A DNA stretch of 64,000 nt from Chiloscyllium plagiosum (Eukaryota): contig NC_057719.1 in NCBI RefSeq assembly GCF_004010195.1, positions 93,201,946 through 93,265,945 on the forward strand, in the 5' to 3' direction. A program made the translations under genes and the position numbers. Shown here one piece after another: positions 38,115-49,925 of the stretch (position 1 is the first letter of the stretch; the number at the start of each line of letters is the position of its first letter). The notes beneath the pieces were generated by a model, which saw only the letters and a program-made list of their open reading frames with translations, made no database searches and had not been told where the DNA came from.

Positions 38115-40635
38115 GCCTGTCTCCTGCCGTTAAACAGACATAGACAGTAACACACACAACCCTCCATCACTACCCTGTCTCCTGCCATTAAATAGATATA
38201 CATAGAAACACACACACACAAACGTACACACACAAACAAAACCCTCCCCACCATCGTGTCTCTTGGTATTTAACAGACATACACAGAAACACACACAGAC
38301 AACGATCTACGACCATCCTGTCTCCTGCCATTAAACAAATATACGCAGAAATACACAAATAACCGAACCTCACCACACTGTCTCCTGCCATTTTACAGTT
38401 ATGCATAGAAACACAGACACACTGAGACATACACACACAAAAACACACGCACACACAACCGTCGACCACTACCATCTCCTGCAATTAAACAGACATACAC
38501 AGAATCACACACGTACCAGCCTCCACCATACCCTGTCTCCTGCCATTAAACAGATATACACAGAATCGCGCACACATAACGTAACACCAGCAGTCTGTCT
38601 CCTGCCGTTAAACAGATATAGACAGTAACACACACAACCCTCTATCACTACCCTGTCTCCTGCCGTTAAACAGATATAGACAGTAACACACACACACCAC
38701 GCTCCACATGACGCTGTCCCGTGACATTAAACAGATATACACAGGAACACACAGCCAAAAGCCCCCGCCATCACCCTGTCTCCTGTCAATAAGCAGATAT
38801 GCGCAGAAACACACACAGACAATTCTCCACCATCAACCTGTCTTCGGCTATCAATCAGATATGCACAGAAACGCATGCACACACATAACCCAGTCTCCTG
38901 CCATTAACAAATATACACAGAAACACCACTCTGTCTCCTCCCATTAAACAGATGTGTACGGAAACACATATGCACAACCCTGATTCCTGCCATTAAACAT
39001 ATATACATAGAAACATACACAAACCACCCAACAACACCAGGCTGTCTCCTGCCATTTAACAGATGTACACAGAATCACACACACACAATCCTCCGCTATT
39101 ACCGTGTCTCCTATCATTAAACATATGTACACAGAAACACACATATGTAGCTCCCTCCACCACTACTCTGTCTCCTGTCATTAAACAGGTGTACACAGAA
39201 ATACACGCACACACCACTATCCACCAACATCCTGTCTCCTGTTATTAAACAGAGGCACACAGATACAAACTCGCACAACCCTCCTCGACCACCACCCTGT
39301 CTGCTGTCATTAAACAGATATACACAGAAACACACACACAAGCCTCCACCACCACACTGTCTCCTGTCATCAAACCGATATGCACAGAAACACACATATA
39401 CAACGGTCAACCACCAGCCTGTCTCCTGCCACTAAACAGATATACACAGAAACACACACACACAATCCTCCACAACCACCCTGTCTCCTGCCATTAAACA
39501 GATATACACAGGAACACACAGAAAAACTCTCCACCACCACCCTGTCTCCTGCCATTAAACAGATAATCACAGAAGCACACACAGACAATTCTCCATCATC
39601 ATCCTGTCTCCAGCTGTCAAACATATATGCACAGTAACACACACGCACACACGAACCAGCCTCCTGCTATTAACAGATATACAGAGAAAAACACACACAA
39701 CCCTCCAACACCATCCTGTCTCCTCCCATTAAACAAATGCGTGCAGAAACACACACACACAATCCTGATTCCTGCCATTAAAAAGATATACGTAGAAGTA
39801 CACACACTCCACCCAACACCACCAGGCTGTCTCCTGTTATTAAACAGATATACACAGAAGCACACGCACACAACCCTCCACTACCATCCTATCTCCTGTC
39901 AGTAAACAGTTGTACATAGAAACACGCATACCACAATCCACGAACATCCTGTCTCCTGTTATTAAGCAGATGTGTGCAGAAACAAACACGCACAACCCTC
40001 CAGCACCACCATGTCTCCTGTCATTAATCAGATATGCACAGAAACATACACGCACAAACCTGCCCTCCTGCATTAAAGAAATATACACACAATCACATAC
40101 AATTCTCTATGAACACCCTGAATACTGTCATTAAACATATATAATCTGAAAGATAAACACACACTCAGACACATACCCACCAAAACAACCCTGTCTCCTG
40201 TGATCAAACAGATGTACACAGAAAGATACACACGTACAAATCTGCAGTAGCACCCAGTCTCCTACCATTAAGCATTTTTACACAGAAACACACAGACACA
40301 ACCTGCCAAAACCACACTGTGACCTGCCATTTAACAGATATACTCAGGCACACACACACACAAAAATGCACCACCACTGTGCCTCCTGCCATTAAATGGA
40401 TATACACAGAAACTCTCACACAACCCTCCCCCCCACCACTGTTTCCTGACATTTAACAAGTATACACAGAAACGCACACATACAACGTTCCAGCATCACT
40501 CTGTCTGCTGACATGAAACTGACATAGAGAGAAACACACAGACAACCCTCCACCACCAGCCTGTCTCCTGCCATTAAATAGATATACACAGAAACACACA
40601 CTCACCACGCTCCATACCACTCTGTCAACTGACAG
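38115..40635. repeat. ~60-62-bp CA-rich minisatellite, ~2.5 kb, ~40 units
   Basis: Core CTGTCTCCTGCCATTAAACAGATATACACAGAAACAC recurs (e.g. GTCTCCTG at 39421, 39483, 39544). Confidence 0.93.
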
Positions 40636-41669
40636 CTCATCGGCATCACGTGGTCAGTCAGCTCGTGCGCTTTCTGGTGAAGAGCTTGGTGAAAGGTGCA
40701 GTGCTGTAGTCAATTTCTGTGGTATGAAAGTGCTACATTTACTGGACTATTTCAATGCAATATACGTTTTAAAGATTTATGTAGCCTGTGCCATTGTTTG
40801 TGTTAGGCTGACTATTTTTTGTTTTGATTTTTACTGATAATATTGGGATTACGCTCCTCAGAATCTTTTTTCACAATGGTCCCATATTCATACTGCACCG
40901 TTTTCTATAATACGGTGCTCCACAGGAATACAGCTGCCGCATTCTCAGAGAACTACTCAAAATGATTGTTTATTCTCTTTCTCCATACCAATCTCCTGCT
41001 CTCTCCCCATCCCTTCTGTGTCTTGAAATCCTTATTTATATTCAGTACATCAGCTTTGACAGCCTGGTCAGGGAGAGAATACTCCAGGTTCACCAGTCTT
41101 TGACCGCAGACATTTATTCTCATCTCAGTGCACATTGGCCTGTTTGTATCTAACACTGTGATCCTGTGTTTTAGACAACCCAGCCAAGGAAATTATGATC
41201 CCTGCTTCCAATCTGTCTCGCCATGAGAGAGTTTTTTGTAGTTCACCCATTTTCTTAAACCACATGGAATACAAGACCAGTCCCCCCAAACTCTGTTCCC
41301 ACAGCAAGCCTGTCATTCCAGAGATCAATCTGGTCATCTGTCTCTGTCCTTTATTAGATACGAAGACCAAAACTGTATACAATACTGCACAATGTTCGAG
41401 ATGGGGCCACACCAAGGTCATTTACAGCTGCACTAAGACACCCTTATACCTGGACTCAAATCCCCTTGAAATGAACGTCAGCACACCATTAAATTGACCT
41501 GGGAGGGAACTTTACAGCAGGCTGGTAAAATGTTGCTGCTGCTGTACAGGATCTTAGTGAGATCACATCTGCAGTAATGTGTACAGATTTAATCACCTCA
41601 CTGAGGAAAGGATATTGGAATTTACTCAGAGCTTGTTCCCTCAACTTATTTCTGCAACAAAGGTGCTAA

Positions 41670-41970
41670 TCATAGAATCCCTATAGTGTGGAAGCAGGCC
41701 ATTTGGTCAATCGACTCCATGCTGATCTTCCGAAGGCCAGCCCATACAAACCCCACTCCCCCCAAAATAATCTCTGCAACCTGGCATTTTCTATGACTAA
41801 TTCACATAACCAGCATAACTTGGGACTGTGGGAGGAAGCTGGAGTACCCGACAGAAACCCTTGCAGGTGCAGGGCGAATGTGCAAACTGCGACGCTATAC
41901 TGAAATTGAACCCACATCTCTGGTGCTGGGAGGTGGCAGTGCTAACCACTGAGCTACCCAGTGTGGGCAA
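41670..41970 (-). mobile_element. HE1/V-SINE-type SINE, degenerate
   Basis: GGACTGTGGGAGGAAGCTGGAGTACCCG, GGCAGTGCTAACCACTGAGC, tail CATAGAATCCCTATAGTGTGG. Confidence 0.8.
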
Positions 41971-42649
41971 CACAACTTGCCTGCACAATTTAACACTCGA
42001 AGTGTGGCATAACAGCAGTGAGAATCCATAAGTCCCCAAAACTGTCATTGAGCTACAGGAGGAGGACATTGAGATCTTGAACGGCTTGGTCAGGAGCAGG
42101 TGCAGGATATGCAAGCCATCGAGACTATAAAGTAAGAACACGCGGAGGACATTAATTCCATCAGATAAAGCAACAACAGAGTGAGTCCACTCAGCCACAC
42201 ATGCCTCTTGCCCAGCAATTGGAGCAGATCCTTTACAGCTTCGTGCCTGTTTCACAGGAATTGAAACAGACTGTCGAAGTTATGGAAAAAAAAACTTCAC
42301 TAAGGAATGAAAAGTATGAGCAAATGATTGGGACTGAAGGCAAGTAGTTCGAATCTGTTATTAAGGAATTAACAACAGGAGACTTTCAAAGTCAAATCAC
42401 AGTCCATCAAAGTCGACATGATGATATTCAGGATAAATCATTTTGAATGAACTTTCAAACTTTTTTTAAAACTGTGACAAGCAAGTTGGATAAAGTGGAT
42501 CCTATAGATGTAGTATATCTGGACTTCAAGAAGACAATGCATAACGTGCCTGACAAATGATTAATATGCAAGACAAGAGAAAATGGCGTTCGGACAATTT
42601 ATTTTTTTGGATAGAAAATCGGCGAACCGATAAAAGTCATGATATGGAA

Positions 42650-43185
42650 GTACTGACTTTGGACTGGGTTGGAAAAGGTCAAAAATCACATAGCACCAGG
42701 TTAGAGTCCAACAGGTTTATTTGAAATCAGAAGAGTTCATAGTGCTCTCTTTCCTCGGGTGTTAGGGAGATAAGAAGACCTTAGGCACAGAATTTATAAG
42801 GAAAAGATCAAAGGGTTGTACAACACATGTGCATGAATTGAACACATCTAAGATGGCTTCGAAATCTTTAATCAGTTAGAATGGAGATGCAGGTTTTGAT
42901 TGATGAATATGAAAATTCCAGAGTTCCTTTCAAGTCCGGCCTGGAGGTACCTTCATGCACTTTCGATGACAACGAGGTGAACCGTCCAGTCAGAGAACAT
43001 ATTTTAGGCATGAGGTCTTGCTTGGAGTCTGTCTGTGTCTTCACCTGGAGTCAGACTGGGTTTATTTCTAAAGTAGGAGTTCATAAAATATTGTATTGAC
43101 TGACTGTATACAAATTGTATATTTTTTGAGAAAACATAATGTCTCTGAAAATACAAATCTCCAAATGCAAATTCATCCCTCAGAT
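42650..43185 (-). mobile_element. Penelope-like element terminus/endonuclease remnant (different family)
   Basis: AAATCACATAGCACCAGGTTAGAGTCCAACAGGTTTATTTG terminus (recognised from recall); AAATCTCCAAATGCAAATTCAT antisense of the ..KFAFGD C-terminus. Confidence 0.55.
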
Positions 43186-43460
43186 TAAATGTGTGTGTGT
43201 GTGTCTGTGCGCTTCGATGCATGCGTGTGTGTATTTGAGAACAAAGTGGAGTGTCTGTGGAAGGTGGAGAGAGAGTGTGTGTGTGTTTGGGACAGAGACG
43301 GGGGAGGATTGTGTTTTGGAGGGAGCGAGAGGGTGTGCGTGCGTGTGAGAGAAGGGAAAGTGAGTGTGTGCATGTGAAAGTGGGTGAGTGTGCTTGAGTG
43401 CGGGGAGCAGAAAGAGAATTTACATGGGTGTATTTAAAGGGGAGAGCGAGAGGATGTATG
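43185..43460. repeat. GT/GA-rich low-complexity sequence
   Basis: Imperfect (GT)n/(GA)n runs. Confidence 0.8.
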
Positions 43461-43677
43461 TGTTCTGGTTAAAACACAGATTTTCCAGATCCCTTTTTCC
43501 ACGCAAACTCAGTCTGTTGTTTCAGAGCTTCCCCTCTCTGCAGCCTCTGCTCCATTTTTTGTTCATGTTACAGACCCAGATGCTGCTACTACAGTCCCCA
43601 CGCTCCACCCAGAGTTGGGTCACTAAATCCTCAGGTCTCCCTGAATATCTGAGGCAGCTCACAGCATAACCTCCACC

Positions 43678-43966
43678 AGTGGTTAGCACTGCTGCCTCAC
43701 AGCACCTGAGACCCGGGTTCAATTCCTGCCTCAGGCGACTGACTGTGTGGAGTTTGCACGTTCTCCCCGTGTCTGCGTGGGTTTCCTCCGGGTGCTCAGG
43801 TTTCCTCCCACAGTCCAAAGATGTGCAGGTCAGGTGAATTGGCCAAGCTAAATTGCCCGTAGTGTTAGGTAAGGGTAAATGTAAGGGTATGGGTGGGTTG
43901 CGCTTCGGCGGGGCGGTGTGGACTTGTTGGGCCGAAGGGCCTGTTTCCACACTGTAAGTAATCTAA
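43678..43966 (+). mobile_element. HE1-type tRNA-derived V-SINE, young, slightly 5'-clipped
   Basis: AGTGGTTAGCACTGCTGCCTCACAG..GGGTTCAATTCC..GGGTTTCCTCCGGGTGCTC..GAAGGGCCTGTTTCCACACTGTAAGTAATCT. Confidence 0.93.
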
Positions 43967-45171
43967 AAAGAAACATCCCTAGCCTCTCCACTAACATTTT
44001 CATGACAGGATTCAGTCAGATGCCCCTCAGCTACAAGTTAGACGCCTGGTCCTTTACAATAATACTCGAGGGGCTTCATCATGTTATGGACCCGACAATC
44101 AGCTGAGAGGGACAAACACAGGCTTTCAGTGGACAGGCACAGACCAACTTTCAAAGTCTAATCTCAAAGCTGCTGGTAACCCCTTTCCAATATGGAGGAA
44201 AAGCCCGCCACACACCATTTCATTGATTCTGAGCTTCACAATGACAGTAATTGATACACTCGGGAGCCCAAAAAACAACACCAAGAAAAGGTACAGATAA
44301 ACAAACAATTAACTAACTGATAACATGTTGTGAAAATATGGGTAAGAAGACAGGGGAAAGCGAGTAACTGGAGAAGTGAGGCAATAGTGTATCCAATGAC
44401 AAGAATGAGAGCATTCAAAAAAATTATTGCCAGATCCGTTGAAATGGTTACTAATATCACATTCTGAATCTGCCTCACACAATCATTCCACACTTCATTA
44501 AGTGGGGCAATGTGCCAGCCAGAATGGAAAGCTATGCAAACCATGCTCGTGGACTACTCCATAAACTGGACTATCAGCTCAGCATGGGGATCATTGCAAA
44601 CCTTTGCCAGTATATTACTACTATACGACTCAGATTTGCTTCGGTGGTTTTGAAGCTGGAGTGTCAGCACCAAATTATTGGCTTCATTAAGACTGTGTTT
44701 CATAACTCAAGGTTCAATTAGCAGCTGGGATTAGCCAGTGAAGTATATTCTGCAGGTGTCAATAGTTAAAATTAGGAATAGTCAGGATATAGTGCCAGTA
44801 ATCACCTCGTGGCCAAAGGGATCACCACAGAAAAGACTCGTCTGATTCTGCCTCAGTTATTGTCCAGGGATGCAATGGAGTCAGAGGAAGGAAATGTAGT
44901 TTGTATACAGCACAGAAAACATTGACCTCCGAGCTTTCAAAATTTAAATAGCAAGGGCAGTGATACAATGAATCCTGGTTCATACCTGAAACTGAGTAGG
45001 TCAACTGACAAGGCACAGTGTCAGAACTGAAGAAGGAGAGAAAGAATCAACAAGTCCACTGTTGTTCGTAGTGGTTTGGAGAGTGAATACTTACAGAGTA
45101 GAGTAAATGAAAAGAACAGTAATAGAGTCGCACATGGTTAATGCAAATATTACATGGACAGTAAAACTTAC

Positions 45172-45403
45172 CAGGAACACCAACAATAGCCAGGATAGGA
45201 TAATAAAAGTATTGAATAATGTAAAGTGCATATTCGATCCGCGATGATAATGTCCACCAATAATATGTAGAAAGAATCCAAATATAATAGGACAATCTCC
45301 TGTCCATTGTTGGAATATTCCAGTCGAATGTTCTCGGAATCTGACCCATTTTTGTAGCATTCCAGTATAACGTTCTCAGATTCTGATCCATTTGTTGGAA
45401 CAT
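45172..45403 (-). CDS. First coding exon of a GPR139-like rhodopsin-family GPCR (open frame), copy C
   Basis: MFQQ MDQNLRTLYWNATK MGQIPRTFDWNIPT MDRRLSYYIW...IIQYFYYPILAIVGVP-G|GTAAGT (77 codons +1 nt). YYP.L..G.P at the start of TM1 followed by a phase-1 intron matches GPR139/GPR142-type genes; alternative ATG at 45391. Confidence 0.72.
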
Positions 45404-45519
45404 TCCAGTGTAATGTTCTCAGTTTCTGATCTCTCCCTCTCTCTGGAGCTTCCGATCCCTGTCAGTACTTTCGGTGATGCTCTCGCCCATACTATGGGAT
45501 AACATATTGAATGGAGCCC

Positions 45520-45630
45520 ATTTATCATTAATAGAAGGAAACCCTCCACTGGGATAATTATAATCCGAGGAGACTGACATTAGTCACAGTCACCAAACAA
45601 ACAGGTTCTGTTAACCAGTTCCATGCATCA
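45520..45630 (-). promoter_or_regulatory. Conserved upstream region of GPCR exon C
   Basis: TCTATTAAT and CACAGTCACCAAACAAACAG shared with 12120-12235; the latter also with 24401-24443. Confidence 0.45.
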
Positions 45631-45949
45631 TTTTACGTTTCACAGTGAAAAGGAACATTTACTCGGTTCGGATGGAATGGATGAGGGTTCCTGAGAGATA
45701 GCTAATAAACTGTACAGTTTTTAAAAAAATCTCACTGCCCTGTACGTGGGGTTACTGCTGGAACACTGCACAGTTGTATATGTTCCATCCTGTTTATGAA
45801 AGGAGACAGGAATAAAATAACAGACCATCTGCATTAAATGCTTGGTGTGGAAGTTTCAAGATACCTTTGTGTAATGCTGCTCCCAGTTTGGAATGCACTG
45901 TTATCAAGTCATTTCATAATCATGAGATATCATTCAGAGCATTCAAACT

Positions 45950-46600
45950 GCTGCTCAGGAACAGTGAGAAAGAGAATGCAGTCACTCAACTGCTCGAGAT
46001 TGGGACACAGGGACAGGAGGCAGTCATTCAACTGCTCGAGACTGGGACACAGGAACAGGACTCAGTCATTTAACTACTCGAGACTTGGGGACAGTAACAG
46101 GAGGCAGTCATTCATCTGCTCGATACTGAGTCACAGGAAGAGGAGACAGTCATTGAACTGCTCGAGGACGGGGAACAGGAAGAGGAGGCAGTCACTTAAC
46201 TGCTCGGGACTGGGGCACAGGAACAGGAGGGAGTCATTCAACTGCTCGATACTGGGATACAGCAAGAGGAGACAGTAATTCACCTGCTCGAGACTGAGGC
46301 ACAGGAACAGGAGGCAGTCATTCAACTGTTCTAGCCTGGGACACAGGAACAGGGAAGCAGTCATTCAACTGCTCGAGACTGGTACACAGGGACAGGAAGG
46401 AGTCATTCAACTGCTCGATACTGGGATACAGGAGAAGGAGGCAGTTACTCAACTGCTCGCAGCATGGGCAGAGGAACAGGAGGCAGTCACTCAACTGCTC
46501 GAGACGGGGACACAGGTACAGCAGGCAGTCACTCAATTGCTTGAGACTGGACACAGGGACAGGAGGCAGTCACTCAACTGCTCGAGAGTGAGACACAGGG
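45950..46600. repeat. 42-bp minisatellite (CAGTCATTCAACTGCTCGAGACTGGGACACAGGAACAGGAGG), ~15 units
   Basis: Direct tandem units; yields the 14-aa periodic ORF RQSFNCSRLGHRNR. Confidence 0.93.
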
Positions 46601-47534
46601 AAATCTGAAGGCGAATGAGGCCTCAGATTTATTTTTCCCAGCTACAGGGGGAGGTGACTCATTCCCCACAAGTCTGGGACACACGGACAAAAGGTAAATT
46701 GGTGTGTTACTAACAGAAGTATATGAATGTATTGCAAGAGCAAGTCATTCTCTGAGACCATGGCTGATCTGATTGTCATTCCCTCATTACATTTTACAGA
46801 TAGTCCCCTCTCTGCAGCCCCTGCTCTATTTGTTGGTCATGTTGCAGTTCCAGCTGCTGTAAATACAGTCACCATGTCTCATCCAGTGTTGGATCACAAA
46901 AGCCTCTGGTCTTCCTGAATTTCCACACAGGAAACCGTTCCCTGCATTTCTACGAATATACCAAAACTAGAGTTGAGTCAAATGTCAGTCAAATGCAAGT
47001 GAGAAGCCTGGTCTGAATCAATAACAGTTGAGGTGATTTCTCATGTTACTGAGCACATGATCAACAGAGAGTGACAACAAAGGCATTCAGTGGACAGGCA
47101 AAGAGCAGGTAAAAAAGATGTTCCTCAAAACTGCTAAAACCCCACTGTTCAACATGGAGCACAGGGCAGGGGACACGGGGAAATCAAAGAAAACGCAAGC
47201 TATGCTTTTGGAACATTGTTTCTAAGCTTCTAAAAGTTGGAAATTGATGCTCAAGGGTGACGAAGGTTCAAGGTCACGAAAAGATATAGGACAGTTATTC
47301 GCATTAAAACTGGACAGTTAAAACTGGATAGCGGGGAAGCAGTTTAAAAAAAACAACTAATGAGAGGGATATCGGAAATAGACAGAGAGAGAGAGAGACT
47401 CAGAGACAATGATATGGAAAATATGTGTTTGCAGGTTTCAGAATGCTGAAATGAAGACATTTTGATCGTATGTAGCAACATACGTTAGTATTTCTGGGAA
47501 TGATGAATTAATGTGATATTAGTGCAAGGTAAGA

Positions 47535-49925
47535 CATAGTCAGAGTCTCAGTGATGCACAGTACGGAAACAGACCGTTATGCCTAACTAGTCCATGCTGA
47601 AGGGATATCCCAAATTAAACTAATCACATTTGTCAGGATTTGGCAAATATCGTTTTAACACTTCCTGTCATGTACTCACCCAAATGCCTTTTAAATGTTG
47701 TAATTGTACAGGCCTCCACCACTTCCTCTCGTAGCTCATTCCACACATAGACCACGCTCTGTGAAAAAACGTTGCTCCTTAGGTCATTTCTAAACCTTTC
47801 CCCACTCACTGGAAATTCTTGTCCTCTAGTTTTGGGGAAAATACCTTGGCTATTCACTCTATCGATGCCCCTCATGCTGCAGGATAAATAAACCCAACCT
47901 ACTCGGGCTCTCCCAACAGCTCCAATCCTGGCAAAATCCTTGTAAATCTTTATGACTCCCTTCAAGTTTCACAACATATTTCCCAAAAGAAGGAGACCAG
48001 AATTGAATGCAGTACTCCAAAACTGGCCGAAGTAATGTGCTGTACAGCAGCAACATGGTCTCCCAATTCATATAATCAAGATACTGGCTAATCAAGGCAC
48101 TGGCCAATCAAGGCAAGCATACCAAATTCCCCCTTCACTATCCTATCTACCTGCATCTCCACTTTCAAGAAACTATGAATCTGAACTCCAAGGTCTCCTT
48201 GTTCAGCAACAGTCCCCAGGACTTTATCATTAAGTGTATATGCCTTGCCCTGATTTGATTTCCAAAATTCTGCACCTCATATTTATCTCGGTTAAACACC
48301 ATCTGCCGCTCCTCAGCCCATCTGCCCATATGTTCAAGATCCCATTGTACTCCGAGGTAAACCTTCTTTGTTGTCTACTACATCATCAATTTTGGTGTCA
48401 TCTGCAAACTTACCAATTATTGCTGCTATATTCACATCCAAATGATTTATATCAATAGTGAAAAGCAGTGGACCCAGCACTGAGTCGTGTAGAAAACCAA
48501 TGATGACAGCTCTCCTGTTCGAAAAGCAACCCTTCACCACCACGCTCTGTCTCCTACATTCGAGACAATTTTGTATTACTGTATTACTGTATTCCATATG
48601 AACTAAACTTGTTAACCAGTCTACCATATCAGAAGTTGTCAAATGTCTACTGAAGTCCATATCAACAATGTACACCTCTCTGCTTCAATGGATCCTCTTA
48701 GTTACTTCTTCAAAAGAAAACTCAGTCAATTTAGTGATAGCAATTTCCATTGATTCAAGCCATGTTGCCTATAATTTATCATGTCCTTGCCTTTCAAAAT
48801 CCATACAAACCTTGTGCCTCATACTCCTCAAAAACAATTTGCCCTCCACTGACGTCAGGCTCACAGGCTTTTCCTTACCATGCTTCTTAAATGTTTTTAG
48901 TAATTGCACCAATTTAGCAATCCCACTATCTTCCGGACCCAGACCTGTGACAATTGACCTTACAAATATCACAGCAAGGGACATAGCAATCACCTCACTC
49001 GCTTCCCACAGATTTCTCAGGTACAACTGATCAGGTCCTGGGGATTTTCCCACCTTTACGGGCTTTACGAACTCCACCAGCTCCTCCTCTGCAATACAGG
49101 CAATTATCACGATGCCACCGTTCATTTCTGAATTTCTTTGGCTTCCATATACTTCTGCATAGTCAATACTGATGCAAAATGCTTGTTTAGTGTCGCCTCT
49201 ATCTCCTGCGGTTTTGCACATTGGCTGCCTTGCTGATCTTTCAGTGGCCCAAAACTATCCTGAGTTACTCTTTTGTCCTTAATGTATTTGTAGAGTCCCG
49301 CTGGATTCTCCTTAACCCTATTTGCCAGAACTATCTCATGTCTCCTTTATGGCCTCCTGATTTCTCTCTTATGTATACTGCTAATAGCTATAGACTCACT
49401 AAACATTGATTTTGATTCAAGAATTAAAAGTTGAATGACGATGATGATACCTTTTTCGATTTTTGAAAAAACCCATCTGGTTCGTTGATGTCCTTGAAGG
49501 AAGCAAACTGTCCTCTTTACCTGGCCTGGGTTACATGTGACTTCAGACTGACAACAACTTATTTGAATCTTAACTGCCCTCTGGGCAAATAGTGATGGGC
49601 AATAAATGCAGGCCCAGAAAGTGATAACCTCTTCCCATGAAGGAATTCTAAAAAACATCTCGACTCCTGCTCTCTCTACCTGACAATGCTTCCCTCTTAT
49701 CTATGACCGGACCCTCAAATTCTCCAGTTCTCCAGCATTCCTTACACCTACCAGCCTTATCCTAAACCCTAACAGTGATTTGATGTCTCTGTGCCCTTGA
49801 CATCTCATTTTGAAGGGTTCCCTCTTCTCAGCTGGCCCTTGTCTGCGAATATCTGTTCCAATCCAGTTTGGAAGTTCTTACTAATATCATCAAAACTGGC
49901 CTTCCTCCAATTTAGAACATTCTTA
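47535..49925 (-). mobile_element. CR1-clade LINE ORF2 3' half, degenerate, with nested SINE; splits block X copy 3
   Basis: KSPGPDQLY, SVLGPLLF..GKFADDTKI, LLRPVLEYCIQFWSP, FSQSVVYVWNEL. Confidence 0.9.
49405..49650 (+). mobile_element. SINE-type repeat (3' part)
   Basis: AAAAACCCATCTGGTTC..ATGTCCTT..GGAAG, CTTAACTGCCCTCTGGGCAA..GATGGGCAATAAATGC; abundant elasmobranch repeat (from recall). Confidence 0.6.

Noticed and set aside
38115..40635. CRISPR-like pattern (constant ~25-35-bp core plus variable spacers)
   Set aside because: Spacers are mutually related CA-rich sequence, the cores are degenerate, there are no cas genes and the context is vertebrate
44236..44544. Hydrophobic minus-strand ORF as GPCR exon 2 for the exon at 45172
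   Set aside because: Lacks the expected N-initiated TM1 continuation, LA..D, DRF/DRY and NP motifs; too short
45047..45171. C-terminal 40 aa of ORF 45047-45403 as coding
   Set aside because: Read-through past a canonical GTAAGT donor; paralog similarity stops exactly at the donor
45838..46278. 146-aa ORF with RQSFNCSRLGHRNR repeats as a repeat or zinc-finger protein
   Set aside because: By-product of a 42-bp satellite; stops and indels in neighbouring units; no C2H2 spacing
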